A DNA stretch of 20,000 bases from Xylographa opegraphella (Eukaryota), in the NCBI GenBank assembly GCA_022813865.1, contig JALDZX010000019.1, forward strand, positions 363,088-383,087. The letters run 5' to 3'. Below the pieces are notes generated by a model. It was not told the origin of the DNA. It saw nothing but the letters and a program-made list of their open reading frames with translations, and did not search any database. Positions 10,359 through 20,000 of the stretch are shown one piece after another. How positions within the stretch are numbered: the first letter of the stretch is position 1; each line of letters starts with the position of its first letter. Made by a program: the position numbers and the translations under genes.

Positions 10359-10399
10359 CGGAAATAGTCGGACATCCTTCGGACCAAAATTCGGACGAA
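10359..10399 (+). promoter_or_regulatory. Array of four CGGA(C) direct repeats, candidate Zn2Cys6 sites upstream of the MFS gene
   Basis: CGGA starts at 10359, 10369, 10380 and 10392. TCGGAC occurs three times and the last copy reads CGGACGAA. Confidence 0.5.
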
Positions 10400-10725
10400 G
10401 AGAGAAAGAGTTGCGCAACTGGCAGCCTAATCCATGCAGAATGGTCGAAGGCAAGGCAGGTAATTACGATTGGCGCCTAGTCTCGCGTGCGCCCTTGATG
10501 TGCCGTTCGTGTCATGAAATGCATAGTCGAAGATCATGGTAAGCAGGGCCGACGAAGGATTTGGTTGACGAGGAGGAAGAAGTATATATTCATGCACTAC
10601 GAGCTCCATTTCCATTCTCTGCCAATCCGGCCCTCAGTCATCATCTGCTGCTTCTCTAGGGAATTCCTACCCTCTTCTCGTCGTTCGTTGCCCATTCTCT
10701 ATTCTTCACGTATCTCTCAGTCAAC

Positions 10726-12490
10726 ATGCTCGGCGACGTACTTAAAAAAGATAGCCGTGCCAAGCTAGAGCCAGAGGACAAAGCCTCAACTCGAGCACCC
10801 TCGCTCTACAATGTATCGAAGCCATCCAGCCCGCCTGTGTCACTCGCTTCGTCTGAAAAGCAAGCCGTTCAGCCGCCTTCATCACAAGATAGACCGAAAC
10901 CGGACACTTCCGAGTATCCCACAGGGTTCCGCCTTCTCGCCATCATCGTGGCTCTGGTCGCCTCCGTCTTCTTGATTGCCCTGGACATGACCATCATCGC
11001 CACAGCCATACCGAGGATAACGGATGAGTTCCACAGTCTCGATCAGGTGGGTTGGTATGGCTCAGCTTTCTTCCTCGCACTCGCCTCTTTCCAAAGTACT
11101 TGGGGAAAGGCCTACAAGTACTTTCCGCTCAAAACCTCGTTCATCGTCGCCATCTTGGTCTTCGAGGTCGGAAGCCTGATCTGTGGCGTGGCTCAAAACA
11201 GCATCACCCTTATTGTTGGAAGAGCTATTGCGGGTGTAGGGGGTGGAGGCATCGCGTCGGGGGCCTACACGATTGTAGCCTTCAGTGCTCCGCCGACCAA
11301 GCGACCTGCATACACGGGTATTCTCGGTGCTACCTGTAGGGCCCCTGCTTCTTGTTTAAAGACTTTTCTAAAGATTTTTTTCAGTTGGGGTGGCTAGTGT
11401 TATAGGCCCACTCCTCGGCGGTGTCTTTACGGATAATGCGACCTGGCGATGGTGCTTCTATATCAATCTCCCAATCAGAGGGGCCGCGGCCGCCATCATA
11501 TTTCTGACCTTCACCACTCCGACAGCTGCTAAACCTCTCGAAGTACCGCTGCTCGAGAAGCTCAAGCAGATGGACTTGCCTGGCTCCTTTACGATCATGG
11601 CCGCCGTCATTTGCTACCTGCTCGCTCTCGAATGGGGCGGCACCACGAAATCTTGGAGCGATTCAACCGTGATCGGGACACTGGTTGGGTTTGTCCTCCT
11701 TGTCGGCCTCTTCGCCGTCATTCAATGGCATCAAGGCGAACGGGCGCTTCTGCTGGGTCGACTTCTCAAGAGACGCATTATTCTAGTTGGAGTATTGTAT
11801 CAGATCTTCATCGCTGGCGGCTTCTTCGTATTGCTATATTACCTCCCGCTCTATTTCCAGGTGGTCAGTGGCGTTTCTCCATCTGAGAGTGGTATTCGCA
11901 ACTTAGGTCTGGTCATCAGCGTCTCGCTGTTCAGTATTGTATCAGGTGGCCTCATCACCGCCTTCGGCCACTACGTCCCACTCATGATCGTTTCCTCGGT
12001 CTTTGCAACCGTGGGAGGAGGCTTAATCTACACGTTGGGCGTCGGAACCCCCTCGTCAAAATGGATCGGATATCAAGTCGTCTCAGGTATCGGCCTCGGT
12101 CTCGGTCTCCAGATCCCCGTCATCGTCGCTCAAGCAAGCGTCGAAGCAAGCGACATCTCCACCGTTACCGCTATCATTCTCTTCTTCCAGAGTATTGGCG
12201 GCAGTTTCTTCGTTTCAGCCGCTCAATCCGCCTTCGCCAACACGCTGGTTAGCAATCTAATCAAGAAGCTTCCCACCCTTAATCCTCAAGTAGTAGTTGC
12301 CGCCGGTGCGGGAGCAATTCAGAGCTCTTTTCCTGCCGATGTGGTCCCGAGCATCGTCGATAGCTACCTGAGTGGTCTCCATGTCTCCTTTGCGCTGACG
12401 ATCGCATTGGCTGGCGTGTCGCTTCTCGTCGCGTTCTTTTCACCGTGGCAACGCATCAATGCCATGGCGGCATTGACCGGCGGTGCTTAG
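10726..12490 (+). CDS. MFS drug:H+ antiporter, DHA2 (14-TMS) family toxin efflux pump
   Basis: Motifs [52 protein letters not shown] and [10 protein letters not shown]. One 49-nt intron at 11336-11384 restores [12 protein letters not shown]. Confidence 0.95.
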
Positions 12491-13292
12491 ACGTCGCGGC
12501 ATACAAACTACTTCAGCAATAGGAATATTAGGTGATCCACCACTTCCGGAACGGACGGGTAAACGACTTTCCGACGAAAAGACATTGAGAACCTCTCGTA
12601 GTGCATTGTTTTCATTCATAGCGTAGATGTTTCGGATGGGGCTAGCTGATGCATTTTTGGGATGGGAGGGTATGAAATTTGAAAGACCAGATAGAGAGAG
12701 CGACAGAAACATATCTTCTCCACACTAAACAGGTCAACCAGGATATCCACAATTTAGAGAATACTATAGACTATGAAACCAATTTTATCACATGCTCTAA
12801 GCTAAGCAGCTCCCATCAAAAAATGCCGCTTATTTAATCCTTACAAGTTCAACGTCCGCCATCATTAAGATCAAGGTAGGACCGGATGATCAAGTTAACT
12901 CAAAAACTTTCGCCCATGTGGCACTTCACCATAATTAGGTTAGGGTTAGTAACAAAAGCATATTAGCATTATCTTATCAGCGGTGAATACTATAGCATCG
13001 AATACACAAACAGTCTATATATGTTTATACAGCTTAATGTAAGACCTTGGCGCTGTCTCGTTTGTTTCCAAATCTGTCCATAAACTCCATTGTATGCAGC
13101 CGGGTATCATCGAAGAAAGAAATCTATATCAGAACGTGAGGGGACGAAAATGGTAATCTTTTGTTGGTGGCTGTATTTGATGCCGATGAAACATGCCAGG
13201 TGGCTTCAGTCATACTATTCAAAAAATGCTTGGTATTCGAGATGAAGCCGAATAGAGGTAGAGTTATACGGCCTCGAGACGTTTCACGAGGG

Positions 13293-15708
13293 TCATTGAG
13301 GCTGAATCGGATTGTAGACTGCGTTGTGTGCTGCCAAAAGAGCCTCCTTTTCGCTCTCAGTCTTCTCCTTCTGAAAGGCCTCTTCGTCTGCTTGTGCTTG
13401 AACTTCGGATGTTAGTTGAGCTGTCTCTGTCGTTGGATCTTCCATGTCTTTGATCTGGTGGAGCATCATGGGCGGAAGGCAGAATGTTCCATGTTGTTTT
13501 TCCCACTACAATCATGTCAGTAAGAACGAACTCATTCAAGCGTGAGGTTGATTTACAGTTTCTCCGCCTATGCCTTCGACATCGTATCCAAGAAGTCGTT
13601 TGTACAACCTTGTGGCAAAGAAGGTTCGGTAGTACCAGGTAGAGATCTCAAAGTTGTGTTCACGGTCCATACCAAAGACACTCTCCCAGCCACCACTTCC
13701 TTCTCCAAGAGGGGCCATATCCTCGAAAGCTTTGATGACACGCTGTGCATCACCGTTGTTAAAAATGAAATTTGAAGCCTTTGCGGGCCAATATCGGTCC
13801 ATGTATAAGGAGTGAGGTGCATATACCGCCTTGAACCCATGGTGCAAAGCAACACTCTGGGGCCATTGCTCAGAGCTCATATGATGGCCTGGACTGCGGG
13901 TATTCTCCAAGTGCATAGTGCTCAATAGTCGATGAGAGATACGATAAAAAGTGATAATGGTCGCGCGCCGTGGTGGTCCGGCGGGGAGAAGGTTCATTGG
14001 ATAATTGAAATATCCTCCCCTAAGAACATAGTGGGTCGTATCAGGATTGAACATCGGAAGCAATGTAATCATGTCGGCGTCTTCGCCAACGCCCCAGGTG
14101 AAATTGTCATGAGCCGGAGTTGGGACTTCAAATGGAGGCAAGTCGTCCAAAGGGGTTATAGGTTGGCCTGCCGGTGGATGTGGTCCCCATATTGAAAGGT
14201 CTTCCCGTCTCTCGGGCGATCCGTCTTGGTATCTCGCTTGAATGAAGTCGGTGAATTCGGAGTAATCGCCGTGGAATTTGGGAACATAGAATCTAGAATT
14301 TCTTTCCCATAACCCTTTACGAGGCTGTGCTTTTGTCCAAGAATCAAGAGCCTCGAGGAGCTCATAATGATGACCGGTATACCGGACATCCATTTCCCAG
14401 TTCCAGTAATGGTCGAAGTTGGGATGTTTCTGAGCAAGGTATTGGACAGGAAGCCATTGGCTTGCATGCACGCTAGTTCATATAGTCAGCGTGGGTATAG
14501 GATGCATCGTAAAAACTGGACTTACTTCCTTGTAGACTCCGGGACTCTAGGATACAATTGACCCCAAAGAGCTGTATTCCACAGCACAGTCATATTCCAA
14601 AACTCCCGAGGCACAGAATCGTGTAGTACTTGATCATAGAGTGTTTGGTTATCAAATATCGGAAGTGTGACGTCTTTAACTTGAACGAGCAGAAACACCT
14701 CATGTTCTCCGCCTGAACCGAGACACAGCTCTGTGATCACAGATCGCATCACCCGTAGCATATCTGTGCTGTATTTGAAGCCATCATACGCGCGGAAAAC
14801 CACGGCCGAGCGAGATTTGGCCTTCCTGTCTCGCGTATGGGAATCCGGGGCTACTTTCTCGTAGTTGGAATCTCCTGGCATTGGTCGCGGCAACAGATTG
14901 AATCGGTCCGCGTTTTCTTCGACGCATTTCAGCTGTAATGATGCCCAATCCACTTGTTCCCAATTGACATCTGGCGGGAAGTCGACTGACTTCGTAGGCC
15001 GATGGCCTGATAGGGTTGACCCGTACGCTCCGTATCGACCGTGCCGTTCGAAGCAGACATTTTGGTCAAGACCGATTGCCTTGGAAGAGCCCAGGGACGC
15101 ATCAGGAAAACCTAAATAATTGGTGAGCCGATGTGTGTGGACGCCAATTCGAAATAGTATGCAAACTGTTCGGTATCCCACTGTATCCAAAAACAAAGTC
15201 CTCCGTACTTTGGTTCAGTCGCTTGCCTCGTGGACCAATACATGGAACGTATAATCCTTGGAATCGTCGCCTATATTCGTCGCTCTCGTAACGTGGGTAT
15301 GGGATGTACTGCTGTGCTTCTGGGTTCTTAAATTTGTTCGACGAGGTAGTTAGATTCCTAATCGAGCCTGAAAATTCATTTTCGAGTCTGCCACAACGTC
15401 AGTACAGCCGAGAACACGCGACGCTGGAAGTGGAATTGGGGGAAGTACCTTGTGAAGTTTGTCCAGACAGGATATACAGGATCCCAATTGGGCGGAGGTT
15501 GCCACTCATCTTCCACAGGAAATTTGACCCCTGGTCTTCCCAACTCTTCCACTTCCGTATTCAAGAACCGTAGCTTTTGTGGGGTACCCCGAGCCAAGAA
15601 AACGAATGAAAGCAAGGTAAAGACCGTGAAGATTATCAACATGCGCTTCTTCGTATATGTCCACGACCGAAGTCGGTCCTGCAACGGTGGGGACACGTGC
15701 ACGTTCAT
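13293..15708 (-). CDS. DUF3405-like protein, predicted type II membrane protein
   Basis: Introns 15388-15448, 15112-15166, 14473-14525 and 13506-13556 give a continuous frame. One N-terminal TM segment, then motifs recognised as DUF3405-type: PCIGPRG, VCFERHGRYGAYG, WNWEMDVRYTGH, QPRKGLWERNSRFYVP, ALHHGFKAVYAPH, CLPPMMLH. Confidence 0.85.
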
Positions 15709-17183
15709 CTATTGTGTCCACCATTAGCTATGACAAGCTCCAACTAGATGACCATGATTGGAACGTACTGTCGAGGAGCTATCCACGTCAGACAGTCGCA
15801 TAATGAAGCAATATGGTCAGGCGGAAGATCGAACCGTTCGAGTCAAATGACATCAAGACGACGTTGCAAGAGCTTTCCACACCCCGGTACATGGACAATC
15901 GCCGTGGCTCATGGCTTTATGCTCCGGAGTGGCATGGGAGTGTTGAAGCAGCAAATCGAGTGTGGGAGTCAGGCATGAGGCAGGCGCACGATGTGGGTAG
16001 CCAATGCCTCAGTGATGGGCGCAATCAATCAGGTAGGTTAGTTCTTGAAACATCTCCGCACGTATTGCGGCAACCATGGGAAATGTCAATTGAGCTATCT
16101 ACCTTACCCACCCCGAGCCCCTCGAGCGTGTACTAGTTGCTAGCCGTTATCACAGGCGGGACGCCATTATCCAAAACTGTACGAGTCAAGCCCGCCAGTC
16201 GGATATGAGAACTTGTACAAGGATCAGCAGGAAGGCGCAAAGATAAACGGGCCGGATGGTTGATCAAGTGGGGGCCAGCCCTTGTAGAGTACAGACTTTT
16301 CCACCAACGGCAACGATGTGAGAGGAAGGAGGGAGAACAAAAAGGCGAATAGACGAGGGGAAAAGCTTGAGCGAACACTAACACAGTACCTAGTTGAAAG
16401 ATCCAAAGATCTGACAGTTGTCCGCTCCACCAACCAGAGGTCGCAACTACCATTATCGTCTTTCCGGTGCCCGCTGCTATTGTCCTTGGTGTCCAGATAT
16501 GCGGAATACACTAAGCTCGTTTTGTTCGTCCATGCCATAACATCTAGCTCAGGATTCTTTGATCCTTTGTGGGGTGGAAACACTACAAGGAGCGAAAACA
16601 TCGCCACTTACTGTTTCGAGGCTAACAAAAAACCGTCCAAATGTGGACCATCCAAATTTAGATTGATTTCGTGAGGGATGAGGTCCATGCCCCACATTTC
16701 AACTGCCGTCAATACTGCTTCAGGACAACCTTCCATGGCGCGATGCTGCACTACCTTACCTTTTCCAGCAATGTTGTCGCGGATTCTGGTGGAATACAGA
16801 GCTGCGGTACGGGGTTCGATGGCACGCGTCTACAAGCACGGCATGGGAGGTCGTTGCGAATAAATCTGCTGTCGAATCTCTTGTGCCAAATGATGCGGTT
16901 TGTGGTGATATGCTTTGTCGTCAAAGTAGCAAAATTTTGGGTTCTTACAGGCCGCGGTTGGTTACAAAAACACAAAATTATATGAACTGCTCCTGATGCC
17001 CTATCCTGTCATCGGTGGCAGATGATGGTGACCCAAAGCCAAGCCCCAATTCCCAAATGCTGCAATCTCTGCCTCTCGCATAGTCAAGGGCTGCTCATCT
17101 TGGAAGCCACAGACAGCAATGCGAACTTGGGGTTATCACCGAAGACACTGTCGACCTACACTGTATCCTTGTCAATCTTGCAC

Positions 17184-17243
17184 CTGGGAATAAAGTTAAC
17201 ATAATCGGACAGAGTATCAAGCTTCCCAAGCACCTGCACATAC
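17184..17243 (-). other. Orphan consensus spliceosomal intron (60 nt) outside any long ORF
   Basis: GAG|GTATGT...TGTTAAC-TTTATTCCCAG|GTG. Size and signals match the other introns in this window. Confidence 0.5.
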
Positions 17244-17392
17244 CTCAGGCGGCTTGCCAACGGGTTGGATCATTTTCTAGCAACCTTTAAGCAGTTGCAC
17301 GTTTAATTTTTTCTGCGACTTCGGTATCATTTATTCTCACCTCGATCATCATTGCCCTGACCTTCTCCTTTGGCTCTCCCATCCCGAGGGCC

Positions 17393-18279
17393 ATGTACTC
17401 AAGTAGAGGCGGATGCCCAACGTACGACGCATACGAGTCCCGATGTATGTTTGAAGTCCATTCGAATTTTGTAGTATCTGCGTGCCCTGTTCCGACATAG
17501 CGCGCCTGAAGCTGCTCGAGCTGCTGCTGTGTACGGAGTTTGTCGGCCTGTTATGCAAATATCATCAGACGAAAAGCACTGATTCAAGCAGCTGTTCAGA
17601 GAGCCATACCATGAAGAGAATGTGAAGTCTTTTCGGCAGGGAGCTGATTCGACGACAATCTGAGACGGTACCTTAGACTACTCTATGCGTATTCAGAAAC
17701 TTGAACTCGCCGGGCTAGCCCCTGTAGTGCGTACCCCCAGTGGAAGCTTGGCAATCCAATCGCTGAAGATGAGCACGAAATCATTTCGCCAGATCTGACG
17801 ACACCCGTATTTCATATCATTGCGCAACATAAATGCATGCATGCTCAAGCTCAACAACCTGACAGCAGCCAACAGGTGTGTGGGAATTGCTCGGTATGGC
17901 CAACTTCCCAGATATCCCACTCGGTTCCCCGCTCCGAATCTATCCAAAGCGTGACCTACCGCAATCATTCGCGTCAACTTATGCATACGGCCACATATCC
18001 GGTCATGAACGATCCGCCGCAGCACAGCGTGCGTTCGATGCACGGAAGGCTACAATCCTACAGTCCATGACCGCGGAACAAGCAGAGACTGCTTATCAGG
18101 ATACAGTCAAGAAGATCATAGCAGTTCTGGAGGAGGATCGGAAAAAGAATGAGGAGGTAGACCGAGAGGTGGAGAAATTGACGAAACAACGGGAGATGGA
18201 GAGAATGATATTTCGAAAGATGAAAGAGAGAAGTGGGAAGGTGGACGGGCCGGCGGTCAAAGAGGAGAGCGAGGCATGA
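17393..18279 (+). CDS. Hypothetical protein with C-terminal coiled coil; 5' exon structure unresolved
   Basis: The last exon (about 17870-18279) is clearly protein-like (VWELLGMANFPDIP...EEDRKKNEEVDREVEKLTKQREMER). A probable upstream exon reads AYPQWKLGNPIAEDEHEIISPDLTTP. The ATG at 17393 is a guess. Confidence 0.55.
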
Positions 18280-18334
18280 GATCCTGAGATGGCAGAAACT
18301 TCCTTTTCAATGCCTTATCGCACTCTTCAATATG

Positions 18335-19698
18335 TCACAAGTCGAAGTTGTCTTCGACATTGGGGATCCATCCTACCAGCGCTGCCTCCGTCACCTGTTG
18401 CTTAACTTTTCTACGCTCCTCGAGAACACTTGCCTGTTTCAGATCCGCATACGTTAAGTTTCTAAGGCCCTCCACAACCATCGAAATGGCGAGAAGAGTC
18501 AATGTCTCCGAGACAAGTCTTGAGATTTTCAACCTACAAACCGCACTTCCCCCTTTCAGATCAGTTTGCTTGCGTCCCTGCAGCACACCGTTGATCAATG
18601 TCTCCTGCAATCTTTCGGTCCAGAGCACAGAAATATTTGAAGGTTTTGGATGTACTGGCTGGAGTTCAGCTCGATGCCTTGAGTGCTCAAATTTGCGTTT
18701 CGTCGTGCTTATATTGAACGGACGATACAAGTAGCCTCCAGACCATACATTGTTGGCCACCGGGCGCATTCTTCCTGCCGGACCGAATGCCCTATAACAT
18801 GCAGAGGCGACGAATTCAGATTCTGGAAGGATAAGGGTGTCAAGAAAGGCATTCTCGGGACAGATTAAGAGCGAGGCAGGCGAAGAAAGGATGGAGGTAC
18901 ACTGCTTCAGTGCCAACTTGTCCGAGCAAGACTTTGAAAGGGTAGGTTGGCTATCGGGCCGTGCTGGAGAATGTAAGCAGCATACCGACGTGATTGGGAC
19001 CGTCGGTGCATACATGGTTTCCTCCTCACGGTGCCAAGCTCCGAGAAGAAGCCACGACCATTGAGCGCAGGTATTGACTTCTTGCTGTCGTTGAGGACTA
19101 TCTGCTGCCACGGCGTGGCGTCAGGCTGAGCACTCATAGTGAGCTCCATACTGGCATCGCCACATGGTGCCTCGGTGCTAAACATGTACATCTTGAAGCC
19201 TTCACGGATAGTGAACGGTTGAAGCCCGCGATGGCTTGAGAGCTCACCCGTGTCCCTCCAGCGAACATAGCGAGAGTGGGATTTGGGGAATTGCGCAAGA
19301 TCATAGCATTCTTGGATCAGAAAGTGGTTGAGGCCTCGAAGAGCGAGAACTTCAGCATGCCAGTCGTGGAGGACAATACCATGAGCCTGCGGGATTTTAT
19401 TGGAAGAAAGACATTTCATCCCAGTGCTTACTAGTTAGTTGTTGAACTCTACGACAGATACCTTATCATAATCTCACGCTAGCGCTACACATTTCGCATT
19501 GCTGTTATTCTCTTGCATCAACATTAGCTGTAACGATCTGAATAACCTTCGTAAAGCAGTACCGTTGACAAATACTATGCCACTTAATGGCACCCAGCCT
19601 GAGACTCCGTTGATATCCACCACCGGTTTGCTCTTCGAGGGCAATGCATCGAATTTTGCAAAAACAGTTTCTGCAACTGTGTCTTCTGTGATTTCCAT
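18335..19698 (-). CDS. TAD1: tRNA-specific adenosine deaminase 1 (ADAT1)
   Basis: Introns 19512-19562, 19427-19477 and 18964-19013. Motifs WVPLSGIV, LATGMKCL, LHDWHAEVLALR (HAE), EAPCGDASM, VRRKPSRPD and SKSCSDKL. No dsRBD. Confidence 0.95.
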
Positions 19699-20000
19699 TG
19701 ATTTTAAAATATTCGATTCATTTGCCAAAACGATGGCTATATTGCGATGACTGCGACAGTACTATCATGAAAGAATTTAAGTTTCAGTTGATTTGAAATT
19801 GCAATAAATAATCAATTGTTACGATTATGAATCTTATTAAAATAATTGTATACGAAAAACGATTTTGTTATTACTACGGCTAAAAGCAGTGTAAATGTGA
19901 TGTGAAATGAAAGATTGATAATTTGTAAAGTCGAAAGTTGTTAATTGGTAGAAGCATCACTTGCTGGTAGGCATAAAGGAATACCTGAAGGCTAGTTCTA

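Noticed and set aside
12935..12949. Telomere-like TTAGGTTAGGGTTAG (contains the template-like TAACCCTAA on the minus strand)
   Set aside because: Only about 2.5 imperfect units in an 800-nt gap between convergent genes. A telomerase RNA templated here would have to run antisense through the MFS gene, and nothing else supports it.
15748..16985. Several 70-127 aa ORFs on both strands
   Set aside because: No recognisable motifs, they overlap each other, and their composition is not protein-like.
18335..19698. Possibility that the deaminase is an mRNA-editing ADAR
   Set aside because: No dsRNA-binding domains. Size and motifs fit the standard tRNA-Ala A37 deaminase Tad1.
19760..19950. AT-rich stretch that might be a RIP-mutated transposon relic
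   Set aside because: Short, with no terminal repeats or transposase remnants. It fits a nucleosome-depleted TAD1 promoter.

Overview
A gene-dense window from a filamentous ascomycete (Pezizomycotina-type), with short GT-AG introns of about 50 nt. Left to right it holds: (1) a secreted GH5 endoglucanase with a repetitive Ser/Thr tail and no CBM1; (2) the branchpoint-binding protein SF1/BBP/MSL5 (8 exons); (3) a Tsp3-like tetraspanin; (4) a Zn2Cys6 transcription factor transcribed divergently from (5) a DHA2 MFS efflux pump; (6) a DUF3405-like membrane protein; (7) about 1.6 kb of ORF-poor sequence containing an orphan intron; (8) a small coiled-coil hypothetical gene convergent with (9) TAD1/ADAT1. 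The strongest observation is SF1 intron 3 (4758-4944). It is about 3.5 times longer than the gene's other introns and holds five CTAAC motifs, the core of SF1's own binding site. Three of them sit directly behind the 5' splice site, followed by a pyrimidine tract. Its only in-frame acceptor is a weak AAG that lies behind two frameshifting TAG decoys. This looks like a splicing/NMD autoregulatory switch. A second signal is a pair of mirrored CGGAC direct-repeat arrays at the two ends of the TF-MFS bidirectional promoter. All exon structures were derived by hand and no database searches were run.
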